From NCBI GenBank assembly GCA_034530875.2, contig JAVRCJ020000068.1, positions 1 to 24,795 on the forward strand: a stretch of DNA of 24,795 bases. The letters are read 5' to 3'. Positions within the stretch are counted from its first letter, which is position 1; the number at the start of each line of letters is the position of its first letter. The notes below the pieces were generated by a model that made no database searches, was not told where the DNA came from, and saw only the letters and a program-made list of their open reading frames with translations. Shown here in pieces: positions 16,953-24,795 of this stretch. Position numbers and translations under genes: made by a program. This stretch comes from Nostoc sp. DedSLP01 (GTDB lineage Bacteria > Cyanobacteriota > Cyanobacteriia > Cyanobacteriales > Nostocaceae).

Positions 16953-18689
16953 TTAATAGTAGCTGCCGGATTTACGATATTCTAGGGCGGTTAAGCCATC
17001 GGTTTCTAGGACTTGACCTTTATCGACTACGGCGTAAATTAACCATCTGTCACCACACTTCATTTGATTTTGTACGGTGCATTCTAAATAGGACAATGCT
17101 TCGGTGAGAATTAGGCAGCCATTGTCAGCTGTTTGTGTGGAAAGATTGAGAAAGGGATTATTTCCTAAAACGCTATTACGAGAAAAATAGCGGCGGATAT
17201 TTCTGCCTTCTTTGAGGATATTTAATACAAATTTATCACCGGGATGACACATTAAATCAGCGTTTTGTTCTTCAGCAATGGCAACCATAATTCCCGGTGG
17301 ATTAAAGGTTGCTTGAGATACCCAAGAGGTTAAAACTCCTTTGTGGCTTTCTTCATCACGAGTTGTTAAAACACACAAGGAACCAATAATACGACCTACT
17401 GCTTGTTCGGTGCGGTCTACTTTGGCTTCTGTTACAACTTGACGCGCTGTCCGCAATTTTTTAGTTTTCTTCAAGTTTTGGGCAAAGGAAGCACCTGCTT
17501 CTTTGCACTGCTGAAAGATTTCATCTGTGGGTGTAAAGCGGACTCGAATTGTTTCAAATCCTAAAAGATAATTGGCATCTTTGAGTTTACTTTCGAGTAA
17601 ATCAATTGCCTCTCCACTCCAGCCGAATGAACCGAATACGCCTGCTAATTTTGTTTTGGCTGCTGTGGCGAGAACTATTCCTAAAGCAGTTTGAATTTGG
17701 GTTGGTGCATGACCGCCTAAGGTGGGGGAACCAATAATAAATCCGTCGCAAGCTTCAATAATGCGAGTAATTTCTGCTGGTTCAGCTAGTTCGCAATTAA
17801 TGGACTCTACATTGACTCCATTTTCAATTAAACCTTGAGCGATCGCATTAGCTACAATTGCCGTATTTCCATAAGCGGAGGCATAAAGTAAAGCAACACT
17901 CAATTCTTGTAATTTTTGTTTTTGGCACCATTGACGATAATCAAAAGTAAACCGACTCAAACTGTAACGAACAACAGGGCCGTGAGCAGGAGCATAACAT
18001 TTTGCGGGGAAAATTGAAAGCTTTTCTAACGCAACTTCGACTTGTTTTGCTTGGGGTGCGTGAAGGCAATCAAAATAGTAATGACGTTCTGCATCTAAAC
18101 GTTTCCAGTCTTCATCGAAGAGGGTATCTTCGCAAATGTGAGCGCCAAAAAATTTGTCTGTGTAGAGAATTTTGGTAGCAGCATCATAAGTACACAATCC
18201 ATCTGCCCAGCGAGGAGTCGGTACAGTAATAAATGTAAGATTATGTCCTTGCCCTAAATCCAAAGTATCCTCGGAACGCACAGCTTGAATGCGCGATTCC
18301 CATTCTGGAAAAGCAGCTTTCAAAGCATTAGCAGCAGGGCGAGAACAAATTAAAGTAGCTTGAGTAGCTTGAGAAAATAATACTTGTAAAGTGGCTCTGC
18401 GGTTCGGGTTAACATGACCGAGAACAATATAATCTAGGCTAGCGAAATCTAGATGTTGTGCTAATTGTTGGAGATAAATTTCCGTAAAAGATTCGCCAGG
18501 AGGATCGATTAAAGCTTTTTTATCAGCTTGAATGAGATAAGAATTTGCCGTAGTTCCCCGTTGGCGGGAATACTCAACTTCAAATTTTAGTCTGTCCCAA
18601 GTCCGCGATCGCAAAACCAGCGTATCTTTACCAATTTCAGCAACTTGTACGTCTCTCGGACGGCTGGTAATTAAAGTATTAGCAGACAT
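16953..18689 (-). CDS. flv2: Flavodiiron protein, class C, Flv1/Flv2 type
   Basis: Metallo-beta-lactamase-like, flavodoxin (YASAYGNT) and flavin reductase domains; non-canonical GHVNPNR ligands; third gene of a flv4-small ORF-flv2 unit; ATG 18689 with GAGGT RBS. Confidence 0.88.
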   Translation of the reverse strand: MSANTLITSRPRDVQVAEIGKDTLVLRSRTWDRLKFEVEYSRQRGTTANSYLIQADKKALIDPPGESFTEIYLQQLAQHLDFASLDYIVLGHVNPNRRATLQVLFSQATQATLICSRPAANALKAAFPEWESRIQAVRSEDTLDLGQGHNLTFITVPTPRWADGLCTYDAATKILYTDKFFGAHICEDTLFDEDWKRLDAERHYYFDCLHAPQAKQVEVALEKLSIFPAKCYAPAHGPVVRYSLSRFTFDYRQWCQKQKLQELSVALLYASAYGNTAIVANAIAQGLIENGVNVESINCELAEPAEITRIIEACDGFIIGSPTLGGHAPTQIQTALGIVLATAAKTKLAGVFGSFGWSGEAIDLLESKLKDANYLLGFETIRVRFTPTDEIFQQCKEAGASFAQNLKKTKKLRTARQVVTEAKVDRTEQAVGRIIGSLCVLTTRDEESHKGVLTSWVSQATFNPPGIMVAIAEEQNADLMCHPGDKFVLNILKEGRNIRRYFSRNSVLGNNPFLNLSTQTADNGCLILTEALSYLECTVQNQMKCGDRWLIYAVVDKGQVLETDGLTALEYRKSGSYY

Positions 18690-18702
18690 AGTAACCTCTA
18701 TC

Positions 18703-18737
18703 GGGGAAGGGGAAAGGGGAAAAGGGAAAAGGGGAAA
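18703..18737. repeat. GGGGAAA-type heptamer array
   Basis: Seen directly; explains the spurious FPLFPFPLSPSP extension. Confidence 0.8.
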
Positions 18738-18777
18738 GATTTGTTGCAATTTGTCCCCCTATCTCCTCATTTCTCGA

Positions 18778-19290
18778 TTAATTGCCATTACTTTCGACTA
18801 ATTCTGATTTGACTCGATTTTTATAGCGTTTAGATATTGCTTGTTCGGGGTCGATGCCTTCAAAAGTGGGGGGTAGCCAAACTCGAACAACGAGTATTAC
18901 TCCTAAAACTAATAAGAAGGCGCAAGTGGCTAAAATTTGGCTCCAATTAGTTTCTAAAACTCCTTTAACAATCACTTCTCGTAAAGCAGAAACAATCGAG
19001 ACTTCGACAGCTACGCCAATAGATATTCGTTGTTCTTGTAAGTAAATAATCAGCAGCCGAAATAACTCAACTAAGATGAGCAAAAACAGAATATCGGCAG
19101 TAACAGTATGAAAATCCAATGGTGGAAGCAGTGAGAAAAACATATCTCTCACTTGAATTACCATGAAGGTAAACAAACCGATGCACAGAGAAATCACAAT
19201 CAAATCTTGAATCAATTCCAAGGTTTGTACAATGCGTTTTCTATGCATTTCATAGTTGGAAATCGTGCTATCTTGAACAGACTTATACAT
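18778..19290 (-). CDS. PsiE-family membrane protein, Sll0218 orthologue
   Basis: Four hydrophobic helices, DILFLLILVELFRLLIIYL and VSIVSALREVI; positioned between flv4 and flv2. Confidence 0.88.
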   Translation of the reverse strand: MYKSVQDSTISNYEMHRKRIVQTLELIQDLIVISLCIGLFTFMVIQVRDMFFSLLPPLDFHTVTADILFLLILVELFRLLIIYLQEQRISIGVAVEVSIVSALREVIVKGVLETNWSQILATCAFLLVLGVILVVRVWLPPTFEGIDPEQAISKRYKNRVKSELVESNGN

Positions 19291-19345
19291 AGCTTTTTGT
19301 GTGTGAGGAGTGGGAGATTGAGAAGACGCGGGGACGCGGAGAAAG

Positions 19346-19372
19346 ACTAATGACTAATGACCAATGACAAAT
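19346..19372. repeat. STRR2-type heptamers (GACTAAT/GACCAAT/GACAAAT)
   Basis: Four units seen directly. Confidence 0.85.
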
Positions 19373-21106
19373 TTAGTAATGATTGCCAATTTTGCGGTGA
19401 TGGACGGCGGTTAGTCCGTTGAGTTTGGCGACTCGGCCGGTTTGGACGGTGCTATAAATTACCCAATGGTCGCCGCAGTCCATACGGCTGGTGATTTCAC
19501 ATTCGAGATAAGCTAATGCTTCAGCTAAAATGGGGGATTCGTTGGTAGCAGCAGGGTAGGTTTTGATGTCGGCAAAGCGGTCTGCACCGGGAGCAAAACG
19601 CTTGAGGAAATGTTTCATTAACCCTTGATATCTGCCTTCTTCTAAAATATTTAGAACAAAGCGATCGCCAACGTGCATTAATGATTCTATTGCCCTATCT
19701 TTAGCTACAGCTATCGCTACGCCTAAAGGATTCAAGCTTGCTTGTGTTACCCAAGAAGCCAGCATTGCACTTTGAACTTCGCCTTTTTTAGCGGTAATAA
19801 TATATAGTCCCGTGCTAATTCGCCCCAAGGATTTTTCTAATTCGTTATCAATGGATTTGATTTGTTTGATTGTGCGATCGCGATTCAACCATTGACCCAT
19901 ATCTGTCCCCGCTTCATCACACAATTGTTCTGTAACTTGGGTAGGAGCTTCTTTAACTAAAATCGGGCTAAAGGCTTCAATTAATCCCAATTCTTGGAAC
20001 TTATTTCGTAACGGGAAAACAGGTTCGTCTTCTCCTCCTCCCGATTCTAATAAACCAATGGCTTGTTTATTATGAGCAGCAGCTAAGATAGTCTTAAAAG
20101 CTGCCTGAGGAATATCTGATGATTGGGGAGGCATTGCAATAATTAAACCAGCAGCTTGGTCAACTAATTCTCTGACTTCTTGAGGTTCGGAATTATTCAA
20201 AGCTACTAATTCTACTGCTACACCTGTCTTTGCAATGCCATGTGCGATCGCTCTTACTAAATGTTCGCTATGCCCGTAATCTTCAACGTAAAATAAAGCT
20301 ACTAATGTCTCTGTTTTAGCTTGTTCTGAACTCCAATTTTGATAGCGTCCTAGCCATTCGGAAATATGCTCTTTTAATAAAGGGCCGTGTCCTGTGGCAA
20401 CTGTTTTGATTTCTAACTTTTCAATTCTTTTTAAAGCTGCCAATACAGACCGAGCATTAGGAGCCATCAGGCACTCATAGTAATATTTAAAATCATCTTC
20501 GATGATGTCGAGATTCTCATCAAAAGTATGGTCATCACAGTAGTGCATTCCAAACACATCGCAGGTGTAAAGAGTGCCTGTTATGTGGTCATAAGTCAAA
20601 ATTGTATCCGGCCAATGTAAGTTAGGAGCCGAAATAAATTCTAATTGATGTCCGTTACCTAAATCTAAGAACTCTCCACTTTTTACCAGCTTTGATTTAA
20701 AAGGCTGGTGAATCATATTTTCCAAAAATTGAATCGCTACCTTCGCAGCAACAACAGTAATGTCAGGAGCTAGTTGTAAAATATTTCTTACTAAGCCACT
20801 ATGGTCTGGTTCGGTGTGGCTAATAATCAAGTAATCTATCTTTGTTGGGTCAATTAATCCTGTAACTATATCGAGATATAACTCCTCAAACTTACGGTGA
20901 GAAGTATCAACTAAAGCTACTTTTTCTCCTTGAATTAAGAAAGAATTATAGGTCGTACCATTCCGTAAACCAAACTCGACATCAAAACGTTCTCTATCCC
21001 AATCGAGACAACGAATAGCAGTTGTTTCAGCAGCAATTTCAACAGTTTCAATTGTTAAACGTCCGGTGTTGGAAATAACTTGAGTAGACTGTGTGAGTGC
21101 GACCAT
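19373..21106 (-). CDS. flv4: Flavodiiron protein, class C, Flv3/Flv4 type
   Basis: GTTYNSFLI, canonical HTEPDH diiron ligands, HWPD, ATGHGP, flavodoxin and flavin reductase domains, C-terminus HHRKIGNHY; AGGAG RBS. Confidence 0.88.
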   Translation of the reverse strand: MVALTQSTQVISNTGRLTIETVEIAAETTAIRCLDWDRERFDVEFGLRNGTTYNSFLIQGEKVALVDTSHRKFEELYLDIVTGLIDPTKIDYLIISHTEPDHSGLVRNILQLAPDITVVAAKVAIQFLENMIHQPFKSKLVKSGEFLDLGNGHQLEFISAPNLHWPDTILTYDHITGTLYTCDVFGMHYCDDHTFDENLDIIEDDFKYYYECLMAPNARSVLAALKRIEKLEIKTVATGHGPLLKEHISEWLGRYQNWSSEQAKTETLVALFYVEDYGHSEHLVRAIAHGIAKTGVAVELVALNNSEPQEVRELVDQAAGLIIAMPPQSSDIPQAAFKTILAAAHNKQAIGLLESGGGEDEPVFPLRNKFQELGLIEAFSPILVKEAPTQVTEQLCDEAGTDMGQWLNRDRTIKQIKSIDNELEKSLGRISTGLYIITAKKGEVQSAMLASWVTQASLNPLGVAIAVAKDRAIESLMHVGDRFVLNILEEGRYQGLMKHFLKRFAPGADRFADIKTYPAATNESPILAEALAYLECEITSRMDCGDHWVIYSTVQTGRVAKLNGLTAVHHRKIGNHY

Positions 21107-21240
21107 TGGGTTTCTCCTATCAAGAGATTATTTAGAGCAACTGTGCTTATTTCTTATATTTACTTGAAACGTTTGATTAGTAAAATGCCAATTTCTAAAG
21201 CTAGATATCAAAAAAAATTATTGTTCGTGTTCCTATATTT

Positions 21241-21272
21241 ATCATTGAAATAAGTCAATGATTATCATTAGT
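21241..21272. promoter_or_regulatory. Fur-box-like site overlapping a perfect 8-6-8 inverted repeat upstream of flv4
   Basis: Minus strand ACTAATGATAATCATTGAC (21272-21254) matches GATAATGATAATCATTATC at 15/19; ATCATTGA-N6-TCAATGAT at 21241-21262. Confidence 0.6.
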
Positions 21273-21302
21273 TTGATACTAAATTTGGATTTACCAAAGG
21301 AA

Positions 21303-21424
21303 AATACGCTTAGGTTGGTGATATTTAGCTTGAGGATATTCCTCTAACTTCCTTTAAAAATGGGGCTTAATTCCCTTCTTTTGAAAGAAGCTTAGTGAGA
21401 ATCAAGCTTTAACCCAAGCGTATT
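21303..21424. mobile_element. Degenerate MITE-like element, 122 bp
   Basis: Terminal inverted repeats AATACGCTTAGGTT / AACCCAAGCGTATT (13/14 complementary). Confidence 0.65.
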
Positions 21425-21554
21425 AATTTGTAGGAGGAGTGACAAGTTTGCAGCAGATTGCAAGTTATTGAAGTATCAGCCTAAATTTGCTAACTCGGTG
21501 CTAAGGCTGTTTGACTTCCCAATTCTGAATTCTGACTTCTGAATTCTCTCATCA

Positions 21555-22394
21555 TTACTTCTGTTCTGCTGGTAAAATCTTGTTTTGCAGCCAAGCCATT
21601 GCTTTATCTAGGATTAAGCCAACGACACCGATATAAACTAGAGCCAAAATCACTTCGCTGACATTGTTATTTTGATACGCATCCCAGATAAAGAAGCCAA
21701 TTCCCACAATACCGGACATGACGATTTCAGCCGCGATAATCGCTAACCAAGCTAAACCGATCGCAATTCTCAAACCTGTGAAGATATAAGGTAATGCCGC
21801 AGGAATCAAAATGTTAGTAAAGTATTCTTTGCGGCTAAGTTGTAAAACTTTGGCGACGTTATTGTAATCTTGGGGAATTTGAGTCACGCCAACAGCAGTG
21901 TTAATTAAAATCGGCCAAATTGCAGTGATGAAAATTACGAATAATGCTGCCGGTTCGTTTTGTCGTAAAGCTGCTAGAGAAATTGGCACCCAAGCTAAAG
22001 GTGGTACTGTCCGCAGTAATTGGAAGATGGGGTCTAAAGCCTTGGACATGGTTTTATTCACACCAATTAAAATACCCAAGGCAATACCCACAACTGCCGC
22101 AAGCGTATAACTAATAGCGACTCGTTGTAGACTAGCAAAAATCTGCCAAAACAGACCTTTATCGATACCACCCCGGTCATAGAATGGCCAAAAAATTAGT
22201 ATCCAAGTGTCTTGTATAACTTGTATTGGGCCTGGTAATGTCGCACCAGGAGTCCAAGCAAATAATTGCCAGAGAACCAGAAAAATAATGATGGCAATAA
22301 TTGGTGGTATAAGGTCAGGAAATTGCTTTTGTAGACGAGATATAAAGCCATTATTAAATTTAGGGCTTGTAGAACGTCTTTGGGCTATTGTCAT
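21555..22394 (-). CDS. cmpB: Bicarbonate ABC transporter permease (NrtB/CmpB family)
   Basis: DPIFQLLRTVPPLAWVPI, IFTGLRIAIGLAWLAIIAAE; directly follows cmpA. Confidence 0.9.
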   Translation of the reverse strand: MTIAQRRSTSPKFNNGFISRLQKQFPDLIPPIIAIIIFLVLWQLFAWTPGATLPGPIQVIQDTWILIFWPFYDRGGIDKGLFWQIFASLQRVAISYTLAAVVGIALGILIGVNKTMSKALDPIFQLLRTVPPLAWVPISLAALRQNEPAALFVIFITAIWPILINTAVGVTQIPQDYNNVAKVLQLSRKEYFTNILIPAALPYIFTGLRIAIGLAWLAIIAAEIVMSGIVGIGFFIWDAYQNNNVSEVILALVYIGVVGLILDKAMAWLQNKILPAEQK

Positions 22395-22431
22395 AATGTC
22401 GGATTTCCTTAGCTTTTATTTGGTCTTTGTT

Positions 22432-22514
22432 GTTTGTCCTTTGCCATTTGTCAGTTACTAATGACTAATGACTCTTGTACAGACAAGGGTTAATCGCGTC
22501 TCTACTAATGACTA
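22432..22514. repeat. STRR heptamers (TTGTCCT/TAATGAC) with a degenerate GTA-type REP-like palindrome ending TTAATCGCGTCTCTAC
   Basis: Seen directly between cmpA and cmpB. Confidence 0.7.
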
Positions 22515-23894
22515 AATGCTGACTTTCTTGATTTTCAAGCTCTTGAGATATTCTTCTGGTTTTTCTGGGTCGAATTTTGTGCCATCAAAAAACTCTTCTA
22601 CACCACGGGATGTATTTGTGGGAATGTCAGCAGCAGCAATACCCATTTCTTTGGCTGCTTCTCTCCAAATATCTTCACGGTTGACTTTATTAATTAGTTC
22701 TTTCGCTTTGGCACCGTTATTGGCAACGTAATCTTTTGGTAAAAATCCCCAGCGGACGTTTTCTACTACGAACCATAAATCGTGGCTCTTGTAAGGATAA
22801 GAAACATTACCTTTTTCATCTTTCCAGTAGTAAGCTGCCATTGATTTATCATCAATTTTGCGGCCATCACCCATGTCATACTTCCCTTGGAATGGGTCTG
22901 CAAGAATCTCAGCTGAGGGAAGATTAAAATAATTTCGTCCAGCAAGAATTTCAGCCGCTTCTTTACGGTTGTCAAAATTATCTAACCATTGTTGGGCTTC
23001 TATAATACCTTTTAAAAGTGCTTTGGTTGCCTTAGGATTTTTATCAACCCAGTCAGCTCTCATAGCGATATATTCTTCAGGATGATTTTTCCAAATCTCT
23101 GCTGTCAAGGCTGCTAGATAGCCGATTTTGTCTTGAACAAGGCGATAAGGCCAGGGGTCGCCAGTACTAAAGGCATCCATTGTTCCTGTTTTCATGTTGG
23201 CAACAGTTTGTGCTGCTGGTACTGTGAGCAATTTCACATCTGCATCTGGGTCTAAACCGCCTGCTGCTAACCAGTAGCGAATCCACAAATCTTGGTTAAC
23301 GTGGGGAAAGGTAAAGGCTGCGGTGAAGGGTGTTGAAGATTTGAGTTCGCTGAACAGAGATTTAGCGCTAGCCAGTTGTAAACTGATACCTTTACCTTGG
23401 TGCTTGTTGGCGATCGCAATTCCATTCCCATGTGTAATTAATTGACATAATACATACATGGGAATTTTTTGATTGCCTTTGGTAATTAAACCTTCTGTAA
23501 TTAAATGTGGCATTGGCATCTGCCATTGACCGCCATCAATACCACCACCCGCAGAACCAATTTCTACGTTATCTCTAGCCGCACCCCAAGAAGCTTGTTT
23601 AGAAAGATCGACTTTAGTCATGCCATATTTAGCAAAAAAGCCTTTTTCTTTAGCAATAATTAAAGGAGCTGCTTCTACAATTGGAATATATCCCAGTTTG
23701 ACTGTAGTAGTTTCTGGCGTTTGTTCGGGATTGACATTAGCAACTGATTGAGCAGTTGGCTGTGCTTGATTGCTTTCACCAGTAAGGTTTTCAGGTGGAT
23801 TGCCCAAACAACCTTTGAGGAATACAGCACTCGCAGATGCTCCAGCTGTGAAGATGAATTTACGCCGAGAAATTCGATTAAAAAATTCTGTCAT
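22512..23894 (-). CDS. cmpA: Bicarbonate-binding lipoprotein
   Basis: Tat/lipoprotein signal SRRKFI...[13 protein letters not shown], CmpA-type [11 protein letters not shown] motif; no nirA/narB adjacent. Confidence 0.9.
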   Translation of the reverse strand: MTEFFNRISRRKFIFTAGASASAVFLKGCLGNPPENLTGESNQAQPTAQSVANVNPEQTPETTTVKLGYIPIVEAAPLIIAKEKGFFAKYGMTKVDLSKQASWGAARDNVEIGSAGGGIDGGQWQMPMPHLITEGLITKGNQKIPMYVLCQLITHGNGIAIANKHQGKGISLQLASAKSLFSELKSSTPFTAAFTFPHVNQDLWIRYWLAAGGLDPDADVKLLTVPAAQTVANMKTGTMDAFSTGDPWPYRLVQDKIGYLAALTAEIWKNHPEEYIAMRADWVDKNPKATKALLKGIIEAQQWLDNFDNRKEAAEILAGRNYFNLPSAEILADPFQGKYDMGDGRKIDDKSMAAYYWKDEKGNVSYPYKSHDLWFVVENVRWGFLPKDYVANNGAKAKELINKVNREDIWREAAKEMGIAAADIPTNTSRGVEEFFDGTKFDPEKPEEYLKSLKIKKVSI

Positions 23895-24152
23895 AATATC
23901 TCCGAGAATGTAAATTTTTATTTTTATAGCTATGATAATTGAAGCAAGAAACTAATATTTTCTTGCGATTCAGCGATTAATCAAGCTATATTTTGCAAGG
24001 CAAAGCTGACCATTTTTCAATGGCTATTGCTAATGCCTCAAACAAAATTTCAATGAATTGATTAAATCTGCTCTGGCGAGATGCAGAAGTGTTGTTCACC
24101 TGGTTGAAATAAGTTTACAGCCTTTAGGGGCAAATTAGTTAACTATCAATCC

Positions 24153-24199
24153 ATATTTATTAAATAAATATTAGATTGGATGTATAAGTAAAAGTTTAT
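24153..24199. promoter_or_regulatory. Candidate operator palindromes upstream of cmpA (LysR-type CmpR/NdhR-like)
   Basis: ATATTTATT-A-AATAAATAT (24153-24171) and ATAA-N8-TTAT (24184-24199); AT-rich background lowers significance. Confidence 0.35.
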
Positions 24200-24478
24200 C
24201 TCTGCGCCCGAACTCTACCAGTTATTCTTAATGTATAAATTCTGATTTATGAACACTATTAACTTGAGATTATGATTGATTTTTATTGTTACTATTAAGC
24301 AATATCAATAGTAACCATAGTAATAAATCTTAATAAATTATAGAGTTAGTAATAGCCTGCATTACAGGCAAGTTGCAGAGTAGTAAGACTAGCTGTACTA
24401 TCCTACTGCGTACTTAATCAAAAATGTTGCGATCGGGAAAATGATTGCTAAAGATTCAGAATATAAAATTCAGTAAAA

Positions 24479-24510
24479 GTAGGGTGTGTTATGCCGTAGG
24501 CTAACGCACC
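24479..24510. repeat. GTAG-type REP-like hairpin
   Basis: GTAG-GGTGTGTTA-TGCCGTAGGC-TAACGCACC. Confidence 0.65.
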
Positions 24511-24719
24511 GTCAACAATTGAAGGTAGGTTAGGGTGTACCGCAAAGTACTTTACATCTATATAATTTGAGATTTTGATTTAGAAAAAAAGTTAAATCAT
24601 AAGCCAAATCAATCGTAACCATAGCTAAAAAGCTAAAGTATTTAGAATACCAAATAATATCAAGTTCGGATGATTAGTTATGATTGCAGTCCTCGCGTTA
24701 CCCCTCCCCAAGGCATCGG

Positions 24720-24795
24720 CTACGGTGTACACACAAGTCTTGAAATCCTACCTAACACTTGGTTTCGTCGCCTAGCTATCTTGTTGTGCGATCGC
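24720..24795 (+). mobile_element. Left end of an IS4/IS50-like element or derived MITE running off the window
   Basis: CTACGGTGTACACACAAGT matches the IS50 outside end CTGACTCTTATACACAAGT at 12/19, including ACACAAGT. Confidence 0.6.

Larger units (their letters stand above)
1772..24795. repeat. HIP1 octamer GCGATCGC dispersed through the window
   Basis: At least 15 copies, e.g. 1772, 2239, 2272, 4069, 5277, 6459, 6473, 7547, 19661, 23411, 24788. Confidence 0.95.

Noticed and set aside
16829..18749. N-terminal extensions of CmpC and Flv2 given in the ORF track
   Set aside because: The extensions are translated repeats; downstream ATGs give family-typical N-termini.
5321..22514. CRISPR array
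   Set aside because: All repeats are 7-9-nt tandem STRRs or short palindromes with no unique spacers; no cas genes.
13851..23894. Calling the ABC transporter nrtABCD (nitrate/nitrite)
   Set aside because: The binding protein has the CmpA-type GQWQMPMP motif, there is no nirA/narB linkage, and it is interleaved with low-CO2 genes.
905..23942. Short ORFs overlapping real genes (e.g. 905-1147, 3844-4053, 12598-12978, 13975-14283, 16125-16571, 21898-22110)
   Set aside because: Antisense or alternate-frame shadows of well-supported CDSs.
221..24738. Composite transposon bounded by the two IS50-like ends
   Set aside because: The two ends differ in sequence, both elements run off the window, and the interior is HIP1-rich core genome (lipB, lrtA).

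Overview
Chromosomal segment of a heterocyst-forming (Nostocales-type) cyanobacterium: at least 15 HIP1 octamers (GCGATCGC), many heptamer STRR arrays and small mobile repeats in the spacers. Left to right: the 3' end of an IS4/IS50-like transposase, a SulP anion transporter, a hicBA toxin-antitoxin pair, divergent bgtB/bgtA amino-acid ABC genes, a small acidic ORF, lipB, lrtA/hpf, a BCP/PrxQ peroxiredoxin, two outward-pointing RTX surface proteins with a shared C-terminal domain flanking a DUF5009/NagX-like acyltransferase, and a minus-strand low-CO2 cluster. The most unusual feature is that cluster: the bicarbonate transporter operon cmpABCD is split between cmpB and cmpC by a complete flv4-sll0218-like-flv2 flavodiiron operon, with a strong Fur-box-like site ahead of flv4. 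All calls come from motif recognition by eye; no database search was run, so novelty is unverified.
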